Shown here piece by piece: positions 1 through 13,574 of a DNA stretch of 64,000 bases. Origin of the DNA: Lama guanicoe. Its lineage: Eukaryota. The stretch lies in NCBI GenBank assembly GCA_013239625.1, contig MU054212.1, positions 3,684,744 to 3,748,743 of the forward strand, in the 5' to 3' direction. Made by a program: the position numbers and the translations under genes. Every line of letters begins with the position of its first letter. Within the stretch, counting starts at the first letter, position 1. The notes beneath the pieces are model-generated. The model did not search any database, was not told the DNA's origin, and saw only the letters and a list, made by a program, of their open reading frames with translations.

Positions 1-292
1 GGACTTCAGTAACAAGAGGCAACATGACACCAAAAGCATGCATGCATGCATCCATCCATTCTATAAACATTAAATGAACACCTCCTAAATGGGCCAGGTT
101 GTTTATGAAGCACTTGAAAAAAAAAACTACCAAGACACCGTTCTTGACCCAGAGAACACGACGCTCCTTGAGGAGGAGTGAGGAGGGTCAAGTGAGTGTA
201 AGGGTAGTCAAACAATTAGAACAGAGTCAAAAAAATACTGAAAATGTCTGCATCTGGCATGTTAACATTTCCAAAAGACAACCGAACCCTTC

Positions 293-490
293 CTCTGTGC
301 CAGGTTCCATTCTAAGTGGTTTGCAGGCTTTGACTCATTTAGTCCTCAGTTTTCCAAGAGGGAGGTCACTATTACGATCTCAATTTATAGATGTGGAAAT
401 TGAACCTCAGAGGGGCTAAGAAATTTGAGCAAGGTCACCAAGCTTGTGAATGGGGGAGCCAGTGTTTGAACCAAGGCAGTCTGCCTTAAC
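293..490 (-). mobile_element. MIR SINE relic
   Basis: Reverse-complement MIR core: tttatagatgtggaaattgaacctcagaggggctaagaaatttgagcaaggtcac...tttgaaccaaggcagtctg. Confidence 0.85.
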
Positions 491-519
491 GTTGTGCTAA
501 TAATGGCATATGACACTGC

Positions 520-1070
520 TTCCCAACATACATAACTGACAAGGGATTCATACAGAGAATATATAAGGAATCTGCACAGTCTGCAAGAAGCCAACATCCC
601 CAGTGGAAAAACAGGCAAATTGTAGGACCAGAAATTTTTTTTATCAGTTTGACCTGGACTAGCAAAAGAGCATTCCAAAAGATACTCAATCTGGCAGTGC
701 TGAATGAAACTGAGACCACATACATTCTCCGACTAGATCATCCTATTTCTGTGTATACATCTCAGAGAAGCCTTCACATAGGTAAGGAATATATTTAAGG
801 TTGTTCATCATAACTCTGTTGGGAAAAGTAAAAAGCGAGTTCAACCTAAATGGGGAACATTAAAAAGAAGCTACATGCCTAGAATGATATATGGAACTTG
901 GAAAGAAATGAGGTCCACTTATACATGCATGATAAATCTCAGAAACATGGTAAGTTAAAAAGGTAAACAAAACAAAGATATTAACAAAATGTATGTAAAA
1001 CTACACAAAACAATTATACACGTAGTCCACAAATAGCCCTATGTAAATAAAGGTGTGGTGGTGAGTTGAG
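520..1070 (+). mobile_element. Old L1 fragment (ORF2 3' end / 3'UTR)
   Basis: aagggattcatacagagaatatataaggaa...aacatccccagtggaaaaacaggcaaa resembles degraded L1M; A-rich. Confidence 0.55.
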
Positions 1071-1139
1071 GAACACATGAAATGCACAAGTTTAAATACT
1101 TATAAAAATCCTGAGGGATAAGCGTTCCTTAACTATGAT

Positions 1140-1375
1140 AAAATAATAATAGTAACTATTATTTATCAGTGCTTATTACTTCCCTGGTATTATTTCCAAG
1201 AATTTTAACAGTATTACCTCACAAAAACGAGTTAGCATTATTGTTACCTTAATTTTACAAATGAGAAAAACTGAGCCATAGAGGGTTAAGTATGTTTGTC
1301 CTGATAATAGAAACTTTAGATGTTGAATATGAGATTTGAACCCAGTCATCTGATTCCATACTCAATGCTCTCATT
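1140..1375 (-). mobile_element. MIR SINE relic
   Basis: ttttacaaatgagaaaaactgagccatagagggttaag...gatttgaacccagtcatctgattcca. Confidence 0.85.
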
Positions 1376-1719
1376 ATATTGTTAATAATTATATTACACC
1401 CCCAGACTAGTGACATGTTAGAAGTCAAAGTAAATGCTCAAAAGTGAAAATAAGATATATCAGAATCTATAAAATGTTTTGGAGTGGGGAGGACATGTCG
1501 GAGACTCTAGAATAAATTGTACAGCCACAGACATTTGAAAGATCATTGTGACAAAGATGGTAAACAGCTATCCTGATTCCACTGACCTCTTCTCGAGGAT
1601 AAACTGAATTCAACTGTGAAATGAGGGATTTGGGTAAAATATAAATGTACCAATTACTCCCATCCATTCACCTTACAGAATTAGTATCAGTACCAGAATA
1701 TCAGGACTCATGACTACAT

Positions 1720-1847
1720 ATACAAGGGGATGCATTCCTTTTTTTTTTCCCCTGTGGGTGAGCTTTATTATTTTTTTATATATAAACTTTTTTTTATTGA
1801 GTTATAGTCATTTTACAATGTTGTGTCAAATACAAAGAGATCCATTC
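1720..1847 (-). mobile_element. Severely 5'-truncated L1 3' end with second poly(A) and target-site duplication
   Basis: L1 tail ttattgagttatagtcattttacaatgttgtgtcaa; T-runs at 1739-1748 and 1788-1795; flanking repeats atacaaggggatgcattc (1720-1737) and atacaaagagatccattc (1830-1847). Confidence 0.65.
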
Positions 1848-2307
1848 TAAATCTTATAATTGACACTTTTAATTTGCCAACTCAAACACTAAGCACATTG
1901 GTCATCAGACCATCTGGGGGACCTTCTTGAGGTTGGAAGATTTCCAATGACATATGGAGTCGTTCATCCTTTTGGTAAGATTTTAAATTTGTTTTAAAAT
2001 AACCGAACTTTCATTTATTCTCGTTTCCACTTCCCCACAGGGCTAAAAATGATGGTAACATGTATTCCAAGACTTCACCCCCTACTTTGTGCTCCTTCCT
2101 TCCTACCAGAAGCCGTCTTCTCAATCTGAAAAAATGTAGGCTTTAATTCTCCAGCATGAATCTGTCCTGACATTCAAAGCACGTGTTGTTTATGATACCT
2201 GAGGGGAAGAAGTGAGGAAAGTAGACAGCTGTGGCTACGTCTCCATCTTCATCCAAACTCATGAGAGTTTCTGCCAGCTTTGAGAACGCAGCATAACCAG
2301 GAGACGA

Positions 2308-2520
2308 AGGGGCTTTGAAGTTAGACAAACCTGAGTGTGAATCCCAGACCCTTCACTTGCAATCGATGTGACTTTGAGCAGGTAATCTCCAAGATTGGTT
2401 TTTACAACTTGAAAATGGATGCAGTAATACTTATCATGGATAATTTTGAGGATTCTAGAAAAGCTATGTGATATAGCTATCACAGTCAGCTGGGATATAA
2501 GAATGATCAATGAACAATCC
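2308..2520 (+). mobile_element. MIR SINE relic
   Basis: ggctttgaagttagacaaacctgagtgtgaatccc...gtgactttgagcaggtaat...aaaatggatgcagtaatactta. Confidence 0.8.
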
Positions 2521-3204
2521 TCATTGTCTTGCTGTTAGCATTCAGAGTTCTTAAAGGCACTTTAGGGTCACACCAGTTACACCTGGACATTTTATAAGAG
2601 AGTAAACTTCAGCCAGAGGGGCAAACTATCTTGTCCAAGGTCACAACCGGCTCCCAACTCAGCTGGGACCAGGACATAATCTCCGGACCCTGTCCTATGC
2701 TCAGTTCCCTTCGATGTCTCTCAGTCTTTCTAGCCTTTCAATAGTCTGGTTTTTTTTCGGGTTCCTAACTCTTTATTCACACAAGTATTTTTATTCCACT
2801 AATGACAGATTTTTCTCTGGTAGTATCCACGACATCTGAGACCCATTTGGAATTGAAATATATTTGAATAAGCTCAGAGCTCACTCTTTCTTGCTCTGTT
2901 TCTGTCATATATGAGCATGCACGTGGTATCTGGAGGTTTTAAAAAAAAAAGTTCTTTGGGGTTATTTTTAGCTCATCACTTCTTCACAACCTTGACCTCT
3001 TCATGCTTTACGTAATTAATTTAACCTAAGAACGGTAATATTGAAAGAAATTTCTTCTGAGCATATAAGCAGCTGAAGAATTGTTGCAAGGAGCCACAGC
3101 AGTAATAAGACTATTGCTGAGTATGGGTTTATTAGAAAGCAAAATAAACAGCACGCTGCGTGCTGACTTCATCTTCATTAAACATTCATACTAGAAATGC
3201 TTAC

Positions 3205-3228
3205 CTCGTCTACAGCCAAGATGTTATC
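3205..3228 (-). other. Candidate 24-nt microexon (DNILAVDE in phase 0)
   Basis: Minus strand: long U tract, cccttctgcaaAG|gataacatcttggctgtagacgag|GTAAGC; the AAG acceptor is uncommon. Confidence 0.3.
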
Positions 3229-5669
3229 CTTTGCAGAAGGGAAAAAAAAAAAAAAAACCAGGATTCACTAAGCCAACATACTGTAAGTGTTTCCAGGGCT
3301 TTTGGGAAAGCAGTGTTATATAAAATCTTCAAATAATTTAGCCTAAGCAGTTGGGCCTTCAAATAATTTCCACCACCTCGGGGCAGGGCGTGATGGAGAG
3401 GAGGCATCTGGAGAGGAGAATGAATCGACCGGCAGTCTACCATGCGGAGAGATGTAAATAAAAATTGAAGAGGCCTTTATGCCACAGCCATGATGGTATG
3501 TGAGTCACTTGGCCTAATATGTTAAGAAGATTAGCGCTCAAGCTGCGTGAACTTTGAAATAGCCCAATGAACCTTTTGTGCTTTCCAGCTTAAATTGGTC
3601 CTCAGCAAGACCTCTCTGATCATCAGGAATTTGGCAGCCTGAGTACTCTGCTACACTCTCCAAAGCACGGTTGAGCCCCCGGGTGTCAGTACTGCAGCCT
3701 CTCCCCATATTTAAGGCAGCTGTATTTAAGAGAGAGCAGGAGGGCAGGAGGGCAGGGATGACCAAGGAGGTCGTGATGAAACCCAAAGTCTAAAATATGC
3801 CTCATTCATGCTGTCACAAACTAAATTTGCTTTAACCAAATTAAGTATTAAAAAAAAAATAACCTCCAGGGGTTGCAACCTGCTTATGGCTTAAACGGTC
3901 AGAAGTAAAGCCCCTTCTCTAACCATTTAAACTAGAAGGGGCTTCAGTGGGCAATGAATGAATTCTCCCTATAGGATTAAAGGCACCATGCTATGTGGTT
4001 CATGTGGAAAACACGTCTGGAAAAGGAGTGGGAAGTCAGTAAAATGGCTATTCTCTTAAGAAGCCCTGCAAATGATTACCTTTACACTTCAATTTCACAA
4101 AAACAGAGTGTATCCCCAACTAGAGAGGCACACTAAAACATCTTCCCATCACAAGCGGATCACTACACGTGCTGAACAACACTGAATGTCCACCGGACAG
4201 AAGCGTTCACAGGCCTCTGGGCATTTCCGTGTCCCTACGGACATCTGACAATTCAAAGGCATAGTTAAGGCATAGTTGTAGGATCATCCTAGAACACGTA
4301 CTTCCAGAAAACAGAGGCTAAAAAAAAAATTTCCCCTAAGGCATGCATGCCACCTCCAGATACAGATTTCACGAGGCCTTTCGCTGGGGATGCCAATGGT
4401 TTCAGAATGAGTTTATATGAAACACATCATTCAGGAAGCAGCTGGGAGGCCCGTCCCTATGACTCTCCTGGGTGTCCTTTGAAGCTCCTGCCTCTGCTTC
4501 AAGGATATCGAATGACACGAACCCTTGTCTCCAGAAGGGGAAAAACGGAAGGACTACCTAAATACTTGAGCCAGCGCTATGTCATCATCACCAAAGGCAG
4601 CAGCTGAGAGCAGCAGTCAGTCCAGCCTAAGAAATTGTCAAGAACCAATAAAACTTGCCAATAGAAGAGAAGGTTCCTGGATTCAGATGCTGCCTTCTAC
4701 AAAGCGAGGATGATCTATGTCATTCTAGGACAGAAAGCAAGAGGTGGCAGGGGTGGGAAGGCGAGTACTCCTTGATAGCTGTGCAGCGTTCATCTGGAAA
4801 TGAGACTCTGTGTTTAAATTTCATTCTGGTCTTTTGCCAGAGCCAACGGGTTTGTGTAATAACTCTGTCATGTTCTTTTTTTCTCCTATCCCATGTCCAC
4901 CAGTACTAAGCGAATTCGTGAGGAAACCAAGAGCTGGCTTGACAAAAGAGAAAATCAGTTGTAGAAGCAATGAATTTTTTAGCAGAAAATATATTGTATT
5001 TTTAACAAACCATGACTTCTCAGCTGAAGAAGATGTAATGCAGGATCAATTGCACGGGCTGAAATGCTCCGGCTCACCACAGATGTATTTTCGTTTATAA
5101 TTATGTCATGCATGGAGCATTGCTGGGGCCCCATTCCAGACAGGCTGGAACACCCACCAAGACATACATGTGATTGCTGTTCACAGAATTGTTAACTCTC
5201 CTTTGAGGACTTTATTGTGAAAATTTTTTTTTTTTGGAAACCGAAATAAGCAGAGATCAAATGTGTTTAGCATTGCTCAGGGGTTTCCAGCAATCTGTGC
5301 AAACTCCTCAAAATATAATTCTTAGAAAAAACAGTAATCTGAAAAATAAGCAAACTGTCAACGTATGTAGCTATTAAAATTCACTTTCCACATTTTCCTA
5401 GGTTTTAATTAGGAATGTGGTTCTCAAGAAAGTAGGCTGGCTGACCAGGCAATCCTGAGTTTCTGGCCTTAGGGTGAAATACCAAATCTTTTCCTTGATT
5501 TCAACCTTCACAATGCTCTGTGGCTCGTGACCTGATTTGCTTAGAAGATCCAAGATGTCCATTCTTGCCTTCAGCCCAAGCTTGCAGCCTTGGTCCAGAC
5601 CCAACACTCTTCCACGAGGTCAGCAGGAAAGCGAGAGTGGTCCACGAGACCACTAACGCCCAGAGACTG

Positions 5670-5900
5670 ACAACATAAACAAACAACGGCCAGCCCGTAC
5701 ATACAAGCAGAACTCTGACCCACGACCCACAACAGGCTGCCCAAGAAACTAACCCTGTACAATGACCAGCCCGGGAAACCAGACTGCTGCCTCCAGGAAC
5801 AATCCAGGAGGCGAAACAGTAACTTCTGTAATAATCAGCCCCAAATGCCCAGGACTTGATTCAAACTGACGGCTTTCCCAATCTTTGATCCTGCTTCCAA
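5670..5900 (+). mobile_element. ERV1-class LTR fragment (MER39/MER34-like)
   Basis: aacaatccaggaggcgaaacagtaacttctgtaataatcagccccaaatgcccaggacttgatt...cctgcttccaac matches recalled MER39-type LTR. Confidence 0.6.
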
Positions 5901-5919
5901 CATCACAGAGGGCTGCAAA

Positions 5920-6140
5920 GGCCATTGTTGAGAGGGCTCTTCCTCGGAATGAGACGGGAAGGCACTGGAGAATTCAGGGCAGAACAGGGGACGAGGCGTG
6001 ATTTAGGGCTTCGTGGGATCACTGTGGAGGCCGTGTGAATGGGTGGACGCAGCTGGTGACGGGAGAGGCGGGGCACCCAGTTCAGGCACGACTGCAACAT
6101 CCAGCTGAGAGACGTCCTGTGCTGGTGGTCCTGGAGGGGC
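5920..6140 (-). mobile_element. L2 LINE relic
   Basis: gaatgagacgggaaggcactggagaattcagggcagaac...gatcactgtgg...atccagctgagagac typical of antisense L2. Confidence 0.6.
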
Positions 6141-7388
6141 TGATAAGTAGCTTGTTTACATAAATAGAAACAGGAAGTTACTCAAGCTAGACAAAATTCT
6201 ACCTGAAACACTCCACTGGAAAATCCACTCTACATATATCCTCTTGATGATGCTAGGTTAGCCGTACCACCTTTATACCTGCATATTAAACCAAAATTCA
6301 CTATACGCTTTCAGCCTTTAGGCCCCAACTGCTTCATTTTGTCAGAAAAACGTGTTGTTCTTGGATAATTAATAAGACAAATAACTAAATGCACTTCACA
6401 TCAAGCACCTCTTATTTGCTTACAGTGTGTTTTCCAAATGAGGACCCTTTTAACAGAAAATGACTCTGAATACTTCCATTCAGCTGTATGTTTAGCGCCC
6501 ACAGACAAAAACAGCACACAGTAACAAAAAGCGACAATAAAAATCAGCAATGCTTGACAACGCAGTATTTTGTAAGTACAACAGCATCTCCACTCAACTG
6601 AAAAGTAATCACAGGTGCACAAAATCAAACGCTTGCAATTCACCGACCACATGTAAGATGCATAAAGCTTCACAGACCCCTGGTCATTGTCATGGAAACG
6701 GCCTCTGTAGAAAGTGAAACCCAAGTCAGACAGCTTTGTGATACACCGAATTCAGTCAGGAGCCAATCAGGAGCCACTTAAATAGGGAGGTCAGTTGTCA
6801 GAGGGACAGATGAGAAAAGCAATAATTCAGACTAGAAAGAAGTAATAAATGGATTAACAAAAGCCAGGCACCACGGGTTACATGAGTAGAGGCTGTGGAC
6901 TGTAATTTTCCTTGAAAATCAAGGGGTGAGCTATCTCATACCCAAAGTTGTGCGCGAAGGTGATCGTGCCATTCAAGTGTGGGTTCTGCATCATCATGAT
7001 TATAAAAGGAAGCTCACCTTAACTGTGACCACATCTCACACCCAACCAAAATCTTCAACTAGCCACCTCCTGGAGCTAATCACATAACGTAAAACTTAAT
7101 TCCTTGGTAGGCAAAACCACAATTGTTTCCCTTAGATGGTAAATTCTTTAGGAAGAAGTTAAATAAGTTATACCTCTTAGTGTACATATTTTTCATGTTA
7201 ACTTTAGAAATAATCTATATATCAGATATTTCAAGCATTGAGAATGCGTATGAGGATTTGACATAGTAGGCTGTTCCGATGCATAAGGTCTTATGATTTT
7301 GGTGGAAAACCTGCAAAGGATCAATTTAGACTTGTGATGTTAACCAGGAATCTTACAAATGTGCATACTACATTGGGACATTTAAGGC

Positions 7389-7563
7389 ACTAGTTCTCAA
7401 ACCTTCTCATCCTTCAGAACCACCTGGAGACTTGCTAAAACACAGCTTGCTAGCCAACCCCCGGTTTCCTATTCAGCAGACGTGGAGTGGAGTCAGAGCT
7501 TGCATTTCTAGAATTCCCAGGCGATGCTGCTGTCCTAGAGATCACACTTGTTAGGAGACACTG
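7389..7563. mobile_element. MER5A-like hAT-Charlie DNA transposon
   Basis: tagttctcaaacc...cagaaccacctggagacttgctaaaacacag...tgcatttcta...cccaggcgatgctgctg...gagacactg. Confidence 0.8.
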
Positions 7564-7853
7564 ATTCACAGGACAATAAGATTTACTTTATTCATAAGTA
7601 ATTCTTATAGTTCTAATAAATCTACCTTAAGAATTTGGGAAACTTAAATCAGATTATAATATTAAATTTATAAGTGCAACTTAAAGTATTTAAAGGTTAA
7701 TGATATAAGTCCATAAATGGTACCAAACATTAATAATGGGTCCCCCAAAATTTATCCATTATATATTGAAAAAGATTTGTAAGTTTAAGGAAATACTCAG
7801 GTTTTACTTGAGTTAACTTTATTCAACTGGATATTAGTATTTAAAATCAAAGT

Positions 7854-7883
7854 CACCACTGAATAATCCACCACTGAATAATC
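7854..7883. repeat. 15-bp perfect tandem duplication (caccactgaataatc x2)
   Basis: Seen directly. Confidence 0.95.
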
Positions 7884-8834
7884 TTTCTGGGCAACTCACT
7901 CTTGAGAACATTAAAAAAATCCAACATTGACAGTAGTCACTCCATTTCCCAGAGCTTCCAAGCCCATGGATTGGGAACCTTTGGCATAAAGAGCTAGCTA
8001 AATGTTCACCCCTTTCCTAAACTATTTGATGCCTCTTCAAATGGTCTTACTCCTCAGCTCAGAGAGTCAGGGCTTGCTTTGAAGACAGTGGACTGAACAA
8101 AGAGTCCCACATCTTGATCGACTTTGTCTGCCACACGAATGGATCTCCTGCAGACGCTCTGGGAGCTGTTCTCTCGGCTCCCCTCCTAACTGTCATTGTC
8201 TTCACGCACTGTGAGAGGACACCACAGAAGAAGAATGGCATGTTGAGATCAATCTTCCTCCAGAGGCACTCCTTGAAACAATGTTGGAGAGCTGAGCTTT
8301 TGGAAGCCTTTACTTCTGAGACCAATTATCTCCCTGCTACAATGTATTCAGCCTTCACCAGCTTGGCTTTTGGACCCAGCTGTTTTCTGCAAGGCCAGAT
8401 GTATTTTGAATCACAGATGTGATCATTCAAATTAACTAAGTTTTCTGTGTTTTTAAAAAGGGACATTTATTAGCCTTCAGGGAATACTGTCCTTGGTTCA
8501 TTTTCCAGGTTACAACAGTTGTTGTTCCTCATTTCTTTTAGACCTAAAAGTATAGATAATAAAAACACAGTGGAAGCACCTAAAGCTACCCTCTCATGCA
8601 AGGAAGAAATAGTGAAGGTCCTAGATTTCCACAGGACTCCCCACTCCTGTTGGAATCCAACTCTACTGAATGCTGAATGTCAATCATTGGTTAAGGTCAG
8701 ATCCACCCTATGGCACCCTTAGAGTTTAGACATGTTTTATCTGGGTTGAAAGCAATCCGTTATTATCTGGGAAGCTTAATTTTTAATCTTAAGTCAAAAT
8801 TTATAGCAAGTTGTCACCAAAAAGAAAAACTAGA

Positions 8835-8965
8835 GGGGGAGGGTATAGCTCAGTGATAGAGCACACACTTAGCATGCACAAAGTCCTGGGTTCAATCCCC
8901 AGTATCTCCATTAAAAAATTAAATAAATGAATCTTGTTACCTCCCCCTACCCCTCAAAAAATTTT
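8835..8965 (+). mobile_element. tRNA-derived SINE, camelid type (vic-1-like)
   Basis: gggggagggtatagctcagtgatagagc (A box)...ctgggttcaatccccagt (B box), then A-rich tail. Confidence 0.85.
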
Positions 8966-9689
8966 TGAATGGATGGTCAATTTCCTTTGGACTTCAAAGC
9001 ACTGTAGTACTTGCAACTAGTTTTAGCAAAAGCTCCATCTTAAAAGTTGTGCTGGTTTATTACAGGAGACACAGGCTAGAAAAACAGATTGTGTAAAGAG
9101 ATGGTCAAATTCTGGTCTGGCCTTCCCTAAGCCTGTCTTCCCATTAAAAAAAGAGGAAAATATTTCCTACCTAGTGCCTGGCACACAGATGATGCCTGAT
9201 AAATCTTAGCTATGATTTTTTTTAACCTAAATACCTATCAATCAGAAAATGGTTAATTGCTCTGATGGAATTATATATGGCATCAAAAATAGTTTTGTAA
9301 AACTATGTAATGTTATAAAGTATAAAAGCATTAAATTAGAGATAATATATCTAAGCTATTTTAAAAACTACATCTAGTAAAAATCCACCAAATTATGTAT
9401 AAACTGTTGCAGAACTATGGTCTTTTCAAAATTATCCTTTCTACTCTTCTCTATTTGGGGGCTATTTTAATTTCATCAGTAGAGACCAAATGAATAAATT
9501 CAATAAACAGAAATTTTAAAATTGTGAATGACACTGCATTAGCATATTGAACTCTATTATAAGTTACCAGCTGGTACTGTTACAGTACGTAACAGTTGTA
9601 TCTTATGCTCTTATACACATATCATAATTACAGTAAAAGAAAAATGCATCTAAATCATTGCCTACCTTGAAGACATTATCAGTAAACCT

Positions 9690-10000
9690 TTGTAGCAGAT
9701 TGGGTGGTTATTATTTCTCCCCATTTGACAGGTGAGAAAGAGCTGGGAACTGACACACTCAGTTTTGTAACTAACTGTCAGAGACACCAGCAACCTCGTG
9801 GATTAGGCTCATTGGTCACACTGCTGACCACGCTCAAGGCTTCGTAAACCCTCACTGAACCAGCTGTGTGCCCAGGGGTTGGCTACACAGCCTCTCTGGT
9901 GTGTATCCTATCTACAAAATGGGAATGGAGACATCTTCCCTCCCCACTTCACAGGGTTTACAAGAGAACCCAACACCATAGTGCACATGGAAACTTTCAA
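9690..10000. mobile_element. Two MIR fragments in opposite orientation
   Basis: ccccatttgacaggtgagaaa (minus) and cctctctggtgtgtatcctatctacaaaatgggaat (plus). Confidence 0.6.
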
Positions 10001-12739
10001 ATATGTACATTTAAGGTATTTTCTTGGATTCTTTCTAAATATTAAAATCAGCAACATGTATAGTGGATAACCATCTGCTTCACGTTGTTGGGAAGGCAAC
10101 GGCCGCTTCAGAGATGCCCCCAATGTATTAGCTCCCCTTTCTTTCCTCTCTTGAAAGTAAGAAAATGTTAACAAAGCTGTAGTTTATAGAATTTTGGGAG
10201 TTTTTAGAGGTCATTTATTCTACCTTGCCACAACATCTCATCATTTTATTTAGCCTCTGCTTGAACACTTGAATTGAAAGAGAAACTGTCTCATGGGGTA
10301 CTTGCCCTCTCTTGGCCTCTACAGAAAGTGCCATTCCATTTTGCAAGTCTGTTTCAATGAGCTCCCATGGAAAAGAGGAAGAAAAGTAGCTTTTTTCAGT
10401 CTTAGGATTATAATCAAATACTGTTTAGAAACTTTTTTTTTTTTTGCTTTTTCCCTTTTTCGATGCTCTTCTGCTGTGCCTGGATTGTTCATCTGAATGT
10501 CTAATTAGGAAGCTTCATCTTCCCAGGCTTTTCCTTGAGTTCTGTTACTCCGCAGGCAAGAATTTTCATTTTTAAATTTTCATGATATCAACATAATCCT
10601 ATGTCATAAAATAGAAAGACTGGGGAAAAAATATTAGCTTCTTGGGGCTTAGTTGTGCATTATGGGTAGCAATTTGCAAATACTTTGCCTTGAACCTCAG
10701 AACTGGATCTGTAATGAACAAACCCCCTGCAAAGTAAGGACAGGAGTGAGTCCTTTCTGGACCATTCTGTCTGGATACCATGAGGTAAGAGAGTGTCTGA
10801 ATCTTACAAGAACCATCACCACCTCGTTCAGAGGGAAAACAACTCTTGCTGGTATCTATTTAGACAGAGATATGTTGAAATTTAAATACAAAAAGCATGC
10901 AATTTTACACATTTTCACTCGGCTCAGGCATCCTTCTAGTCACTGCACCTGCTCTTCAGTCTGCAATGAAGGGTAGGATAGCCAAGACTAGACGCTGTGT
11001 GGCTCCAACGGTCAGCTGGCCCTACTGCCCCACCTCAGATGACGACGGCTGTGAGACAGTCCTGAAAATTCATCTCGCCCCCAGCCATGGCACAAGCCTG
11101 CAAATGTGTCCACAAATTTGTCTAGGGATGTCCACAGGATGCTGAGGTTTCATTCATAATAAAGAAGCGTTCTTATGGAAAAAAGATACTGCATAACTTG
11201 GAAAACAACTTAATTGGGCTCAAAATGTTCTTTCGCAATTGCAGGTGCTAGAATCCATCAGTTCCTCTCATTAACTCAAGCTTCAGGTGACTCGTGGTGG
11301 GAGGGATCCAGCCTACAGAACCGTCCATTCTCTTCATTTGCCCAGAGTTAAAGGAGGGCTCTGTTATCTGGAAAAGCAGCCGTCTCTCTCAGAGCGAGAG
11401 GACTTGCGTGAGTATTTCCCAAGGAAATCCGGGCTGCTCACAGCAGCTCATTCTTAATCAGAGATCACCTGGGTATCATCACTCGGGCATCCCCAAATTT
11501 CTTCCTAAGAATTTCAAGAGGCTTTTACCGCCCTAGGTATGTGGAGTTTCTTGCATGCTTAAGAACTGAGTTCTGTGGTGAGGGTAAGTCCGGCTATTTC
11601 CTTGTTCTCAGCAGCCAGGTGACACCTGTCACAGTGCAGAAATAAATGCTGATGCTGTGCTCAGGATAAGGAAGAGGCGCCTGCTTGCCATCTGCGGTGC
11701 TTGACTCTGGCTGCCTCCTACGCGTGCCTCTTTTTCATAGGGAGGGAGGCATGGACGTGGTCAATGTGAGGTATTATCAGTTTTTACTTATTTATCACAT
11801 AACTTTACATAAATAAGATTATATAAGTATTAAACTAATGTCATAAAAGTTAATTTTCCTTATGTCAGTTTCAAACCATCCTCCAAAAAACACAGGGAAA
11901 AAACAATGAAAAATGGGGTTCAAAGTCTTCCTTACATTATCTTTAATAAGAAACTGTCTTCAAAATATCCAGTACCCAAGAATGCTGAGATAAATGATTG
12001 CAGAGGATAAAAAGAGAATTAACTTAAAATTTCTTCCTTCTGTTCTGTGGACCTGGAGGAACAGCACTTAGACAATGTTTTAGGTGAGTGTAATTTTCCA
12101 ATATGATCTTTCCTCATCTTTTCAGAATCTGACTTACCGAGAGAAATATGAGTGCTGGGGAGCCATAATTTTCTCTTTTATGGAAAGAAACGAGCCCAAA
12201 GAAGCAGCAGAGCAAGTGACCAGCAGAAGTGGGAGATGGGCAGTAACTATGCCTCATATGAAAACCAACATTTAGAGGAAGGCACCGCCACCACGGTCCA
12301 CACTAACACATGCAGCTGCTACAGAGGCTGGGGACATCCCAAGGCTGTGACCAGGAGGCTGGGCGTCTGAGTGATGACAAAAAGGCTGACCCCCAGGTCA
12401 GGAGCGCTGTCCCGTGAGCAGTGGGGAGGTCCAGGCAAGGTTAAAGAGCTTATTAAGTTCAACAAAGTTCCCACGCTGTATCCGTGCTCGGTTTCCTCAT
12501 TTTCCTGGACAGCTTATCAACGTGGACATGGACAGCTCAGTGCCATGACCCTGCCAAAGCTGGGTTTTGAGTGAGGAAGACGGCCAGGGCAGGGGCAAAA
12601 GGACAACAGACACGGGGAGAAGGTAGGGGACACCAAAGGGGGAAGAGGAGTGAATCAGCCTGTCCTCGGGGAGAAGAGCGACACTAAACGCCCAGATCAG
12701 CAAACGCCGGAGTGAGTGCTGGTGCCACCGGACCCAAAG

Positions 12740-13560
12740 GGTTAATGTTCCTTCCACACAAAGAGCTTCTAAATACAGAAAAGGAAAAAAACACCAACAA
12801 GCCAATAGGAAAAAAAAATAGAAAAAGGTCCTAAAAGATCACTGGGGCCAATGTGAAGGAGCTTTCACTGGCCAAAAGCCAGAACAATTTGAGCAAAGAA
12901 AAAAAAACAATGTACTGAAGCCCATCAAATATACTTTTAAAATCCATGAATTCAGAGTAATATTAAAGAGGCATGAAATTATAATGCTAAAAATTAAAAA
13001 AAAACACATTGGTCATCCTAGGCAGTTGCTAGCGCCCCAACTCACTCTGAAAACTGATAAAATCAAAGACTCGCCCTTCTGTACAAACTGCATTTCCAAT
13101 AGTAGGTGAGGGGACGTTCTCCAAAATGCAAAAAGAATTACAGGCCTAGAAACATCACTGCTTTGAAACCCATAGTCAATTAATGGATACAGGCAATGAC
13201 TGTCATGAATATTAAAGCCATCAGGTAAAATGTTCGTAGGGAATTTGGTAATAGGTGAACAAGCCACAACTACCTGAACCTGTGAAGTCATCGTGGCATC
13301 ACTGAGAACCACCACCAGGACATGTGTGTCTATGCTGGAGCACAGTGAGGCACTCTCCTCTAAACAAGAACTCAGCATGAACAGAATCACTCTCTAGACT
13401 GGAGACCAACTTACAGGAAATACAGAAGATGGACAATCCAAAGGACGCTAGAAGAAAACATTCACCTGAATCTAGGATGGGGTCTTCCTGCATGAAAAAT
13501 GCACTGGTGTCCTGAACAAATCAAAAGAATAAAAAGGAAGTGAGGGGTAATAACAGTTCT
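12740..13560 (+). mobile_element. Old L1 (L1MC/MD-like) 3' region
   Basis: aaagagcttctaaat...caacaagccaataggaaaa; gagctttcactggccaaaagccagaacaatttgagc; A-rich. Confidence 0.6.
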
Positions 13561-13574
13561 AGAATAAGTGAGAA

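Noticed and set aside
8355..8386. Possible terminal coding exon (ENSWVQKPSW*) for the minus-strand chain
   Set aside because: Phase fits but the acceptor is modest and many alternatives exist; not supportable.
8835..8910. tRNA gene
   Set aside because: tRNA-like head runs into an A-rich tail and a diverged second copy exists at 19895: a SINE.
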